The notes under the pieces are model-generated. The model saw nothing but the letters and a program-made list of their open reading frames with translations, searched no databases and was not told the DNA's origin. This document shows positions 42,886 to 56,372 of a stretch of 64,000 bases of DNA, one piece after another. Location: contig OZ024752.1 in assembly GCA_964016885.1 (NCBI GenBank), positions 35,030,001-35,094,000 on the forward strand, read 5' to 3'. This stretch comes from Eledone cirrhosa (lineage: Eukaryota). The stretch's first letter is position 1. The number at the start of each line of letters is the position of its first letter. The position numbers and the translations under genes are program-made.

Positions 42886-43784
42886 ATACCTCATTTTACT
42901 AGTCTCAAGAACGCGTCTACACGACGTGAGAAAGAATCCCAAAAGGCGGAGGGGGAGACAGTCACGCGATATAACGGTCGAGAAACAGAGCTAAGCCTCT
43001 TATAACCACGAAGAAAATACCACGGAGGCGGAGGGGGTATTCATATCGAGGCCGTAGAAGAGGTAGTGAAGAAGGCGAGAAGTATGAGTAATGGAAGCTT
43101 TCCAGTTGTCCCCACACTTCAAAGATTGCTCGACCAGAGGGAGTTATTAATATATTTAGAAACGCACAGATACATGCGGACACACACATATATACATGAA
43201 TGCATCCGCACCCAACTGTGAGTTAAGGGTGCCAACTTCACCGATGTTGCTCAATGAATGACTGGGACAGACCAATATATATATATAATTTATTTATTCT
43301 ATATCATTAACATTAATATAAAAATTGATAATCATGCATAATTATTTTAATTTTTTTTTAGAGAAGGGCCTTAAATTTCATATAGCTTGAGACCTCAACA
43401 GATGAAAGTTTGGCTCTGTCCACCACAGACACATGTACCCTTATCCAAACTCTCACACTGATTCTACTTGATTGATGATTACATTAAATCTACAAAAATG
43501 TCTGTGGAATGTTCAGTCACTTACCACTTCCGCCACGAATGGTGGCAATTCAGTTTATCCAAAAACTGGAATACATACTCCTCATCGAAACCGACGGAGA
43601 TCCATCTACTTTGTTTTTATATTACTATAAATATATCAGTTATTCTTCATACTTCGTTCTTTGGAAATATTTTCTATTTTTGTTTTGTTTCTCTATTCTG
43701 ACAGGTTTACTAAAAACATGTGCCTATGTTAGTAATTGATGTATGCATGTATGTATGTTTGTATGTTTATAATATATACATATA

Positions 43785-44153
43785 GGGCGGAGGAACTCAC
43801 CGGGGTCAACGGCCATCCAAATAGTACTTTTTTTTTTTTTCACGTGGGAGTGAAAGGCCCCTCTCAGTTGTTGTCACAACACCTTTCTAACAGAGGGAAA
43901 CTCTGAAAAAATGTCCTGCGGCTTCGGAAGCAACCGATGATGTTGACCAGTTCTCCTTTTCGGGTAGTGTTTTCGATGCCCAGAGAGTGGGATTGGTCGA
44001 GTACAAGGCCTTTCCCCACTTAAAAAAACCTTCAAAGTACAGGCATTGCTTGTTCAGGATATGTTACAGGTTCGTGTGGCTGGCCGTTGCCTAAAAGTGC
44101 ACCAAACTCTGTAATCTGACAAGCGATTGCAATACTCTTAGCAGAGTTTGCAA

Positions 44154-44160
<7 letters not shown>
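43785..44160 (+). mobile_element. Non-autonomous RTE-like element
   Basis: 'gagggaaactctg' 5' motif; matches 25563-25868 in reverse. Confidence 0.6.
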
Positions 44161-44210
<50 letters not shown>

Positions 44211-44212
<2 letters not shown>

Positions 44213-44416
44213 CGAAGGAAATGTGGTAAGGAACCAGGTGGACCATAACGCACCAAAGTACTCAATACTTAGGGTAGTAGAGTGGGTAATAGGAACAAGT
44301 AAGACCCCGACGGCTGAGCTCAAGCCGTTTCGACGGCTAATTCTGTACTGAAATCATTTCAGTACAGAATTAGCCGTCGAAACGGCTTGAGCTCAGCCGT
44401 CAGGGTCTTACTTGTT

Positions 44417-44476
<60 letters not shown>

Positions 44477-44660
44477 AACGAGTAGGACCCCGACGGCTGA
44501 GTTCAAGCCGTTTCGACGGCTAATTCCGTCCAGAATTAGCCGTCGCAACGGCTTGAACTCAGCCGTCGGGGTCCTACTCGTTCCTATTACCCACTCTACT
44601 ACCCTAAGTATTGAGTACTTTGGTGCGTTATGGTCCATCTGGTTCCTTACCACATTTCCT
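44211..44660. mobile_element. Two TA-embedded fold-back elements with hammerhead 3' half and ~75-nt tail
   Basis: Palindromes 44289-44421 and 44472-44588 contain GAAAC-ggct-tgagctc-agcc-GTC-ggggtc; tail attacccactctac...ccttcgtt. Confidence 0.75.
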
Positions 44661-44831
44661 AGTATCGGTAGAGGATCGGACGCCATGCTTTCCAGCATAG
44701 TTACGTCCCTTTACGATCTGAGTTCAAATCCCGCCGAGGTTGACTTTGCCTTTCATTCTTACGGGGTCGATAAAATAAAGTACCAGTAATGCACTGGGTA
44801 ATTGCTGGTCTTGTGCCTAAAGTAGAAACAG

Positions 44832-44833
<2 letters not shown>
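44661..44833 (+). mobile_element. Deu/Nin-type SINE (5' truncated)
   Basis: Consensus match. Confidence 0.85.
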
Positions 44834-44916
<83 letters not shown>

Positions 44917-45132
44917 TCAATTTCAAAATGTATATCCAAAACTTAACTGCTTCATCTGATAAATGGGCTGGACGGTTCTGTAAGGAATGTCCAGGTTCTT
45001 GAAACCTTTGGTGATGGAATAATTATATTGTGTTGTTTATTATGTAATTAAATAGCTCTGTACAATACATAGAGCACTCTTCATTCTATGGAAACACTTA
45101 ATACCCCCCTCCCCCACACACACACCTCGCCC

Positions 45133-45185
<53 letters not shown>

Positions 45186-45487
45186 ACACATTTGTATGCG
45201 TGTGTGTGTTTATGCTTATGTGCTCGCATAGTTTATCCTGACATGCAACTGTTAAATAAACAATTACCATATTCAATAAAGCAGTTACTAAATATTGCTG
45301 TGACGTAATCTACTTTTGTCGGTCATGTCCCCATTAAAATGAAATTTACAGGACATTTTTTACTTTAAAATTGTTTCAATATTATATCCGCATATTCAGA
45401 TATCAGTAATACAATATTTTAATATCGAAACAATTGTAAAGCAATTTCCTGGAAATTCCATTCTATCAAATTCTTTTGTTACGTCAA

Positions 45488-45535
<48 letters not shown>

Positions 45536-45537
<2 letters not shown>

Positions 45538-45861
45538 AGGTGAGTTTTATTGTAGTACAATAAAGAATGCAGATATCGGATAAGAAGCACTCTACAGTTT
45601 GTAGGACTGGAGTATACATAATATAATATATAAGATCAAAAGATGGTTAAATGAGTTCCATGTATTTTATTATGCGCATTTCAAAAACAAATATCATCAT
45701 GCAATAACATTTGTGTTTTCATCAGATAAAATAGGAGGACATGATATGAAGGTTAAAAACACTTGTGGATAGTGCAGTTTTAAATCAACATATATATGAT
45801 GATATTTGTTTTTGAAATGCGCATAATAAAATACATAGAACTCATTTAACCATCTTTTGAT

Positions 45862-45870
<9 letters not shown>
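45536..45870 (-). mobile_element. TA-embedded Penelope-like element with hammerhead and inverted terminal copy
   Basis: 45625-45700 inverted at 45797-45870; tail at 45536-45620. Confidence 0.75.
45663..45733 (-). ncRNA. Type I hammerhead ribozyme
   Basis: Minus strand: tattttat-CTGATGA-aaacacaaatgttatt...gatgatatttgttttt-GAAA-tgcgca-TA-ataaaata. Confidence 0.85.
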
Positions 45871-45906
<36 letters not shown>

Positions 45907-45957
45907 GAAATAAAATAAAAGGAGGTTGGACTGGTGTAAATCCTTGAAAGGTTTATT

Positions 45958-46015
45958 ATACTATGATCATTTCAATGACCGGGTTCCATATGAATCCGGT
46001 GATATCATCAGGTAT
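45958..46015 (-). ncRNA. Type I hammerhead ribozyme
   Basis: Minus strand: atac-CTGATGA-tatcaccggattc-atatg-gaacccggtcatt-GAAA-tgatca-TA-gtat. Confidence 0.8.
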
Positions 46016-46325
46016 TGGAATATAACAAAGGAATATGTAATAAACGATGGGTCCAGTGGTGAACCAACAAACCTACAGATATATACATATATATATATAT
46101 TATCATTTATTTTTTATCATTTGTTTTGTTTTGACCTGTTTAGCTTGATTTGGTTTTTGGCTTGGGTGGTTAATGACTTCTTGACCACCTTTTCAGTTTT
46201 GTATGGCTTCTTAACACATTGTTTAGCTCTGGTTTTTAACTATTGAGCACTTTGCCAGTATCATTTCTGATTTTTGCGTTTCGCTTCGCTTTTCCTGCCT
46301 GCCGAAATGCGATTCTCGCTGGATC

Positions 46326-46370
<45 letters not shown>

Positions 46371-46560
46371 ATAATAATAAATTTGAAATATTCACTTCCG
46401 CGTTCACAGATTGACTTTGTTAGTTTCAGAAGATCCCGTTAAGGGTGAAAGCAGCGATTCTTTGCTTAAACTTTAATCTGTTATTTTACCCACTCTCAAG
46501 AGCGTGAAACTAATAAACCTTTGTTCGTACTGCCTCTCTGTTTTGTTCCCGTTCAATTTT

Positions 46561-46636
<76 letters not shown>

Positions 46637-46924
46637 TAAAAAGGAAAAGAAAATGCTGACAAATTTTTCCCAGTGAAATGTGTGTGTGTGTGTGTGTGTG
46701 TATATAGTTGAAAATGAACGAAGAAAACACAGGAGGCAATTGTACACAGTTATATTAGGTTCACGCTTATATATATATATATGAGTCCTGGGTAACCATA
46801 ATTAGTAAAGTACTCAATACATTGGTAGAGTGTAAACATCAAGTTTAGATAGTAATGTCTTCTACAGAATTAGAACTGTTTCATTCAAAAGAATATATAT
46901 ATATATATATAAAGGAACGATCGA

Positions 46925-47128
46925 CTTTCGTCAAATCGGACCGAGGGAACAATGTTTCCGTTGGTCTTTCCAATCGCTAATACTATCTATCGGTCGCAAC
47001 TCCAGGTAGAAAGAGCAACGTGAAATAAAGTGTCTTGCTCAAGGACATAACGCATCGCCTGGTCCAGGAATCGAACTCACAACCTTACGATTGCGAATCC
47101 AATTCCCTAACCACTCCGCCACACGCCT
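46925..47128 (-). mobile_element. tRNA-derived SINE (12763 family)
   Basis: Minus strand: ggcgtgtggcggagtggttagggaattggattcgcaatcgtaaggttgtGAGTTCGATTCC...gtccttgagcaagacac. Confidence 0.85.
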
Positions 47129-47146
47129 TATATATATATATGTGTG

Positions 47147-47180
<34 letters not shown>

Positions 47181-47214
47181 ATTATATATATATATAATTA
47201 TATATATATATACA

Positions 47215-47218
47215 CCTG

Positions 47219-47256
<38 letters not shown>

Positions 47257-47380
47257 GATATATAACGAAGGAAGTGTGGTAAGGAACCAGGTGGACCACA
47301 ACGCACCAGAGTACTCAATACTATGGGTAGTAGAGTGGGTAATAGGAAAAATGTCAGGACCCTGAACATTTCAGAAATAG

Positions 47381-47417
<37 letters not shown>

Positions 47418-47586
47418 AAAAGAGTCAGGACCCCAACGGCTGAGCTCCGGCCGTTTCGGCAGCTATTTCTGAAATGTTCAGGGTCCTGACATTTTTCCTA
47501 TTACCCACTCTACTACCCATAGTATTGAGTACTCTGGTGCGTTGTGGTCCACCTGGTTCCTTACCACACTTCCTTCGTTATATATC

Positions 47587-47615
<29 letters not shown>
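47215..47615. mobile_element. Inverted pair of 44211-family elements including mirrored (CA)n/(TG)n flanks
   Basis: 47264-47381 inverted at 47462-47579; hammerhead 3' half GAAAC-ggc...gcc-GTT on the minus strand. Confidence 0.75.
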
Positions 47616-47618
<3 letters not shown>

Positions 47619-48374
47619 AGTGTGTGTGTAAACAGACACAGGTGTATACAAATGACATGCATCCTTAACTATTTAAACAACTGCTCTCTCATAAAACAGA
47701 ACTACTCCATACTTTTGATAGTCTCTGTTGATAGAGTACGCCATTACAGCATTACAGCACAAACCTAACGGTTTTCTTAAATTATAATACCCCCTATCTA
47801 ATAAGGGAATCAGTTATTAGTATACTTATTGCCCCTTTCCACCCCGCTCTCTCCCTCTTCTCCCCCCACTCTCTCATTTCCCTATTTTACTTGATTTGGG
47901 CTAGCTACTAGGTCGTTTATTTATCTGGGCTCTGCCACACCTTATTTCTTCTTATCCCTTATACCCTACGTAAGATGATGCTTTCAGACGAAAGGAAGTA
48001 AGTAATATGAGGTGTATTTTTTTTTGCCTGCAAGTCGAAGTATGTGCTTCACACCCTCGTAATATTTTGCTTTCAGCAGGGTTGTGTAAGGACTAAGTAA
48101 AAATAGTTTACCTGGTTTATATTTACTCTATTCTAGTTTTGTTTTACACACCCTTTCTCTCTTCACCAGCCCTGCCTGCTACTATTTTATTTCCTTTCAT
48201 TATCACCCTTTGCTGACATTTAAAAATAAAAGAAAGCAGATCATTTTGATACTAAAGTGTTTCTCTTTCTACGATCAAAAACGTTTTTAATGGATAAATA
48301 TTTATCTTAAAATAGATTATATCATAATCTTACGTAAAATCCTTTGTTAAATTTTGTTCCAAAGACCAGCATAA

Positions 48375-49046
48375 TAATGGGTTCTTATATAGGTACAAGG
48401 CCAACAATTTTGGGGGAGGGGAAAGTCGATTTAATCGACCCCAGTGCGAGACTGGTACTTTATTTTATCTACCCCGTAAGGACCATAATAATGTTTCTAC
48501 TTTTAGCACAAGGCCAGCAATTACCCCAGTGCATTACTGGTACTTTATTTTATCGACCCCCGTAAGGATGAAAGGCAAAGTTAACTTCGGCGGGATTTGA
48601 ACTCAGAACGAAAAGGGCCGTAACTCTATACTCCAAAGCATGTCGTCCGACCCTCTACCGACACTGCCATAGTAATTGTTTCTACTTTTGGCTCAAGGCC
48701 AGCAATTAATCAGTACATTACTGGTACTTTATTTTATCGACCCCGTAAGGATGAAAGGCAAAGTTAACCTCGGCGGGATTTGAACTCAGATCATAAAGGG
48801 CCGTAACTCGATGCTGCAAAGCATGCTGTCCGACTCTCTACCGATACTGCCAATTTAAATAATTGTTTCTACTTTAGGCACAAGGCCAGCAATTACCCAG
48901 TGCATTACTGGTACTTTATTTTATCGACCCCGTAAGGATGAAAGGCAAAGTCAACCTCGGCGGGATTTGAATTCAGATCGTAAAGGGACGTAACTATGCT
49001 GGAAAGCATGGCGTCCGACCCTCTACCGATACTGCCAATCCACTGC
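48375..49046 (-). mobile_element. Head-to-tail Deu/Nin SINE array (3 full + 1 partial)
   Basis: Repeated consensus. Confidence 0.85.
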
Positions 49047-49375
49047 CAATTTAAGTAATGAAAATAAGCGATCTACCCTATTCCTTACTATTACGGAACC
49101 GATCTTTAATTACATTGTTATACATGACTGAGTCAAATATTCCCCGTTAATGTGAATCTCAGATGTGGAACAGAGATAAAAGTTTGGATCTGACCAATAA
49201 GTAAAAATAACGCTCACAGAGGTGCGAAAGTATAAAAATGCGAAGAATTAACCTGAAGAATTTTGATTAAGAGAAACTAACAGAACTAACAAACTTTCTC
49301 AAATTTCACGTAAGATATCATAGCACACCAAACCTAAGTCCATTTCGTTTTTAGGAATTGCTATAAATAAAATGG

Positions 49376-49660
49376 TGGAGGCACGTGGCCTAGTGGTAAG
49401 GGTGTTAGACTTACGATCATAATGTCGTTGGCTCGATTCCTGGGTTACGTGTTGTGTTCTTGAGCAAAACACTTCATTTCACGTTGCTCCAGTATACTCA
49501 GCTGTAAATGAGTACCAGCAATAGCTGGAGGTATAACCCTGCGATGGACTGGCGTCCTGTCCAGGGGGGGGGGGGGGGGGAGTCTTGTACTCTCAGTCGC
49601 TTCACGCCATGAAACCGGGATAAGAACCGGCCAAATGAGCCTTCTGGCGGTGAGAAAGAA
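49376..49660 (+). mobile_element. tRNA-derived SINE
   Basis: ggaggcacgTGGCCTAGTGG...gctcgattcc...cttgagcaaaacact...ccctgcgatggactggcgtcctgtccaggg; related copy at 63155-63410. Confidence 0.8.
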
Positions 49661-50199
49661 GTGAGAGTGGCCATGTTTGTAAATAAGCTGTTTGTAAATA
49701 ATGGGTTTTAATTTAGGCACAATACCAGCAATTTGAGGTGGGAAGGATGGCGAGCTGATCATATCGACCCCAGTTCTTGACTGGTATTTTATTTTAACGA
49801 CTTCAGAATAGTTACAAATTTATACACGAGATCAGCATTTTGACGTGGTGGTGGTGGTGGGGAGCTGATCATATCGACCCCAGTTCTTGACTGGTACTTT
49901 ATTTTAACGACCTTGAAATAGTTACTAATTTAGGCACAAGGTCAGCAATTTGAAGTAGGTGTGTGAGTGGGGGGGGGGGGCGCGATTCAGCTAATATCAA
50001 CTCCTGCCAACACTAACTAAATAATATGGACATTTAATCTTATCTTTTGATTTTGGCCATGCTGGGGCACAGCTTCAAAAGGAGGTTTAGTTAGTCGATC
50101 ATATAGAGCCTAGTGCTTCCTTTATCAATCTCTGTTTGTTGAACTGCTCAGTTATAGAGCACCAACGGTTGTTTTTATTTAGGTGGTGGGGAACGGTGG

Positions 50200-50570
50200 A
50201 TTATATCGACTCCAGTACTTGACTAGTACTTTATTTTATCGACCTCAGTATAGTTACTAATTTAGACACAAGACCAACAATGTATTTGTGTGTGGCAGGG
50301 GAAGGATTATATTGATTCCAGTACTTGACTGGTACTTTATTTTATCGACCTCAGTATAATTACTAATTTAGACACAAGACCAACAATGTATTTGTGTGTG
50401 GCAGGGGAAGGATTATATTGATTCCAGTACTTGACTAGTACTTTATTTTATCGACCTCAGTATAGTTACTAATTTAGACACAAGACCAACAATGTATTTG
50501 TGTGTGGCAGGGGAAGGATTATATTGATTCCAGTACTTGACTGGTACTTCATTTTTTCGACCTCGGAATA
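50200..50570 (-). repeat. 106-bp tandem repeat derived from the SINE 3' half
   Basis: gacctc recurs at 50241, 50347, 50453 and 50559. Confidence 0.85.
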
Positions 50571-50704
50571 ACGGAAAGGCAAAGATGACCTCAGCAGGGT
50601 TTGAACTCTGACTGTAAAGAGTCAAAACAAATACAAATACTGTAATGGCATTTTATCCGATGCTGTACTGTTTCTGTCAATTCACCACTGTAATTTGTAA
50701 ATGC

Positions 50705-51165
50705 TATGGCCCCGTAACTCCTGATGGAATCGTAGGGGCGCCGTAGTGGTATAACGGCATTTCTTGGGCATTTTGTTTAAACTTGGGGAAGCCCATCTCC
50801 TCTCTAGGTCTGAATACGGCCGCCATATAAAAAGATCAACTCATGGTGTGAGTAGGTTATGTCTGGAAGGAAGGTTGGCTGGTAAGAGAAGAAGCAGAGG
50901 CCGGCAGCAAAAAAACGAAGAAGAAGAAGAAGAAGACAGATTGCTTCCAGAGAAGGATAGAAAGTGAGAGAGAGAGGAAATGAGAAAGACATATAGAGGA
51001 AGAATCGATCCCAGTATTAGACTGGTACTTTTTCTATCGACCTCGAATGGATGAAGGACAAAGATGACCTCGGCGAGATTTGAACCCAGAGAGTAGAGAG
51101 CCGGAACGAATATCGCAAAATATTCTGTTTAACGTTCTAACGACTCTGCCAATTCGTCGCCTCAA
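50705..51165. mobile_element. Dispersed repeat family 'taactcctgatggaatcgtaggggcg...ggagccca' joined to a SINE fragment
   Basis: Similar segments at about 3425, 17985, 28640, 29255, 54430 and 62845. Confidence 0.6.
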
Positions 51166-51254
51166 TTTGTAAACAACCATATAAAAATACTGGTGTACAC
51201 ACACGCCGCACATACATATGTGGTCTAGTGGTGAAGGATTTGGTATTAGCTATA

Positions 51255-51665
51255 ATAATTGTTTCTACTTTAGGCACATGGGCAGCAATTCACCAGTGCA
51301 TTACTGGTACTTTATTTTATCGACCCCCCCCCCCCCCCGCGTAAGGATGAAAGGCAAAGTCAACCTCGGCGGGATTTGAACTCAGATCGTAAAGGGACGT
51401 AACTATGCTGGAAAGCATGGCGTCCGACCCTCTACCGATACTGCCAATCCAATTGTTTCTTATATAGGCACAAGGCCAGTAATTTGAGGGAAGGGGAATG
51501 TCGATTAAATCGACCCCAGTATGTTACTGGTGCTTTATTTTATCGACCCCGTAAGGATGAAAGGCAAAGTTAACCTCGGCGGGATTTTAACTCAGACTGT
51601 AAAGCGGCGTAACTCTATGCTGCAAAGCATGGTGTCCGATCCTCTGCCGATACTGCCAATCCACC
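51255..51665 (-). mobile_element. Two tandem Deu/Nin SINEs
   Basis: Consensus match. Confidence 0.85.
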
Positions 51666-52251
51666 TCCCTGGCATTAGTCATAATAATCAAACACAGATC
51701 ATGCATTTAAAGAAGTTTTTTTTTTTCAATCTCCGACGATAGCTTATCTAACTTTAATAGAAAGTACACCTAGTCCAAATGGTGCCCATGGCACGCCATG
51801 GCACAGCCATGCTTGACATAACCTAGTTATGTTTCTACTTCAAGCAGACAGGACGTTCAAGTCAAGACTTGAATAACTTTGATCATAGCGTCGCTCGGTC
51901 AAGGCCAAAATAAGATCAATATTTGAGCTTCATTCATATGTTGATAACCTTGAAGCGTGTTAAGCCGGTTTGGTGTTAAGGCGGTCTAAGTACTTTACAC
52001 ACAGAAGTGCAGTCTAAAAACAATCGGATTATAGGAATCTAAACAATTTTCATTACAAATATTTTCTAATTAAATAAATAAACTCTTTTCGTTTCTGAAT
52101 TTGTTTAGCAAGATTCTTTATCTATTTATGACACAATTTATTATTCAATCGTTATCGATCGATTGAAGGTATTTCACATGGTATATTATTGTTTGATCAT
52201 CTACACGATTTTTTTTTCTTGCATCCATCCTTGGATTAGGATCGATTTAAT

Positions 52252-52400
52252 CCCTAACCTTTAACCCTATCGCTAACATTAACCCCTAACCCTAAACCCT
52301 AACCCTAAACCCCAACCCTTAACCCTAACCTCTAACCCTACCATTAACCCTAACCCAAACCCTAACCCTCACCCAAATCCAAACACTCACCCTAACCCTT
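52252..52400. repeat. Degenerate (CCCTAA)n telomere-like tract
   Basis: ccctaaccctaaaccctaacc... over about 150 bp. Confidence 0.8.
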
Positions 52401-53350
52401 ATTTCAAATGATATGTTATTGTTTGTTGGTAATGATGGTGGTGGTGGTGGTGGTGGTGGTGGTGGTGGTAAACTGGGCGACAGATTAGGTCTACTACCGA
52501 TTTGGACCACGGCGGAATTTGAACTCAGAATACAGTGAGCCGGATCAAATATCGACGCTCTAACGATTCAACCTGCCCTATACTAATATCACATTTATAC
52601 CCCCTCCCTCATCCCCGAAAGATGAAAGGCTAAGTTGACCTGAGCGGAATTTGAACTCAAAACGCAAAGAAAGAACATTTTTGTCCGACGCTCTCACGAC
52701 TTTGCCAATTCGCATCCTCTGACCTGTTATCGGAGTTTATTAATCTGCACAAATCTGGCAGATGTGTTGAATACACATACATAAGTTACTAAACTGTTTG
52801 AAATGATGTCATGTATGAGAAAGAGTAAAATATAAGTCAGGCGATCAGTAATATCAGATGGGAGAAGTGGGAAGTCTGTAAAGGTTATTTAAAATAGAGT
52901 TTCAGTTTCAGGGTTTATCTGGGTGGAGTGAAAGTTATGAAGTTTGTAGACAATTGAAATTCAACGAATAATGATTTCTATTATAGGCACAAGGCCAGCA
53001 ATTTAGGGGAAGGAGTGATTATATTGACTCTAGTGCATTATTGGTGCTTTATTTTATCTTATCGATCCCGTAAGGGTGAAAGGCAAAGCTAACCTCGGCA
53101 GGATTTGAACTCGGATCAGAAAGGGCCGTAATAATGGTTTCTTATATAGGCACAAGGCCAGCAATTTTGGGAGGATAGGAAAGTCGATTAAATCGACCCC
53201 AGTGCGTGACTGGTACTTTATTTTATTGACCCCGTAAGGATGAAAGGCAAAGTTAACCTCGGCAAGATTTGAACTCAGAACGTAAAGGGCCGTAATAATA
53301 ATCACCCTGTGTGCAATTGGGGAGTTCGGAGAACCATAAGAAGTATAGTA

Positions 53351-53518
53351 CCGTATTTCCCGACGCTGAAGATGCTTCGTCCTCGAGGACGCACCCTAAT
53401 TTTGACAATCAAAAATAAAAAAAAAAATATTAAACAACCCTCGGCCTCCAGAACGCATGGTAGATTTTTGAGACTTATTTTAGGGAAAAAATAGCGTCTT
53501 CGACGCCGGGAAATACGG
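53351..53518. mobile_element. Tc1/mariner (Tc2/pogo-like) MITE
   Basis: TA|CCGTATTTCCCGACGCTGAAGATGC ... GCGTCTTCGACGCCGGGAAATACGG|TA. Confidence 0.85.
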
Positions 53519-53638
53519 TAAGTTTGATGAGCAGCGAAGGGAGGAACTTAACTTATTAGTTAAGAAAGTTGAGAATAAGAAATAGACTAAAGTAAATTTT
53601 GGGTTTAGGCCGGGGATTCTCAGACTTTTTAACTCTTA

Positions 53639-53669
<31 letters not shown>

Positions 53670-54734
53670 AAATTATTTTTAACTTTACTTTAATTATTTG
53701 AAAATTTACTATGACATTATTAGTATTTTCACTGAAGATAGGACTTACTAATTGGCGTTTTACGTTACATATCTTCAATAATGAGGAACACGATACTCCC
53801 CCACTCCGCCCCACAGCCTATACGATAAACATTCATTTAAAAACGAAACCTACGGTATAGTATCATAGCTTGTTATCCTAGAGGCAACTGTATATCATAA
53901 GCATACTTAAAAACAGTACAGAAAAAAGCTTGAATTTATCTTCTAAAATAAAAACGACTCAACCATAGAAACGCCATCAGCAATAGATATTCTGTAATTA
54001 TATAAACCAGAAACCTCAACGATATTATTAATCACTAAAGCCCCATTAATCGAGATATTGACCCTGTTTTCTATCCTTATTACAATAGATCCTGCTTTGC
54101 AGAATTCTGTCTCCGGCGTAATCCCCAATTATAATGATATAATAGTTCGTTACCCAATTAATAAATGGCCTATTCCACCCTTGCACCGGTAACAGACTAG
54201 CTACACTTTGCATATGTGCAGTTTGTGCAGCTGTTACTTTTGTTACACATGGCTCTATTACCGCTCTGCAAAGATAAATTATAAACTAAATAGGATATAT
54301 GTTTCTCATATTTATACCTTATTTATGTCATAAACTTTATTTCTAATTCGGAAAGCATGTTATTGAGCAGGCTTATTTTAGGTTACTCTACTAGGAATCT
54401 GCCTATAGCTAAATTTGTATGTTTGATGGTCGCTTAACTCCTGAGGGAATCGTAGGGTACTGTATTGACATACGGCATTTCTGGGCTATGCTTAAACCTG
54501 ACAGAGCCCAACCCTCTCCTGGTCTGATTTCAACAGATTTGTATAAGATACATTGTATAAGTTATTCTATATATGTTTACATAATTCTCCAATTGAAAAT
54601 ATTTTAGCTATCATTTATTAAGATTTTCTGTATATCAGTGACAAATAATTTTGTCTTATATGTATATATAAGACATATATACAGTATATTGTTATTAATA
54701 ATTTAGCGTTGAAAAGCATGAAAAAATATATATT

Positions 54735-54915
54735 TGTTTCTACTTTAGGCACAAGGCCAGCAATAACCCAGTTCATTACTGGTACTTTATTTTATCGACC
54801 CCGTAAGGATGAAAGGCAAAGTCAACCTCGGCGGGATTTGAACTCAGATCGTAAAGGGACGTAAGTATGCTGGAAAGCATGGCGTCCGACCCTCTACCGA
54901 TACTGCCAATCCACC
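54735..54915 (-). mobile_element. Deu/Nin-type SINE
   Basis: Consensus match. Confidence 0.85.
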
Positions 54916-55356
54916 ATGAAAAAATATATATTGCCACGGAAATAGCCATAAAAAATCGCGAAAGATTTTTACGTTTTCGTGAATATGCAGTGGTTTCAAC
55001 GAACAATTGTTAGTTAGATTACCGGGACCACGAATGCCGGGGGGGGGGGGGGGTACACCGTATATATGTCAGTTTAAGTTATTGTCTTTCTAATTAGACA
55101 ACTATCGCAACAATGTAATATAAAATCCTGTAGTGGAACGAGGCAAACTAAACGTGATACCACGGTTTACAACCAACCAAGTTCTCTTGTCTGCTGGCAA
55201 CACCCATATTTGTTTTTCATTTATAACAATTATCATTCAAAAATGGCATACTTAATGATTGTGTAATTATCACTAATGACAATGTCAAGGGCCACTTATA
55301 TCATGAAGCATGTTCATGTTTAGTCATCATTCTTTCCACCACCATCCAGCGAATGA

Positions 55357-55390
<34 letters not shown>

Positions 55391-55575
55391 TTGTGTGTAT
55401 ATATATATATATGTATGTATGTATGTATATATATATATATATGTATGTATGTATGTATATATATGTGTATATATATATATATATGTATGTATGTATATAT
55501 ATGTGTGTGTGTGTGTGTGTGTATAATAGGTAGTGAAGCAACAAGGATGTTTATTTACATGAATATTTATTATTA

Positions 55576-55635
<60 letters not shown>

Positions 55636-55723
55636 GGAAAAATTTGAACAGGAACAAAACAGAGAGGCAGTACAACGAATGTTTATTAATTTCACGCTCT
55701 GGAGAGTGGGGTGGTGGTGGAGA

Positions 55724-55755
55724 ACGACGTTTCGGGCTAAGCCCTTCCTCAGATG
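55724..55755 (-). ncRNA. Minimal hammerhead motif (weak stem I)
   Basis: Minus strand: at-CTGAGGA-a-gggc-tta-gccc-GAAAC-GTC-gt; element family also at 1578-1684 and 46495-46563. Confidence 0.65.
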
Positions 55756-55974
55756 AGAAGTGTGTGGGAACAGAGTTCAAAGGGTGTGTAGGGGAAAACA
55801 ATGAGTTATATGGTTTGTTGATTATTCAATAAAGTTAATTTTACAACAGATTAGAAGCACTCTACAAGTTTTATCTGGAGTATCATTAATATTAAGAATA
55901 TCAATAAATGGAAAATATCTTTATAAAATAAATATGGTTTTATAAAGATATTTTCCATTTATTAATATTCTTAA

Positions 55975-56015
<41 letters not shown>

Positions 56016-56030
56016 GTATATATATACACA

Positions 56031-56300
<270 letters not shown>

Positions 56301-56372
56301 ATATATATATATATATATATGAGAGACGTAAAATAAGAAAATTATAAAATTAACTTACTTGCTAAAATATCA

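Noticed and set aside
53943-54128. 61-aa minus-strand ORF as an exon
   Set aside because: No recognisable domain, partner exons or convincing splice context
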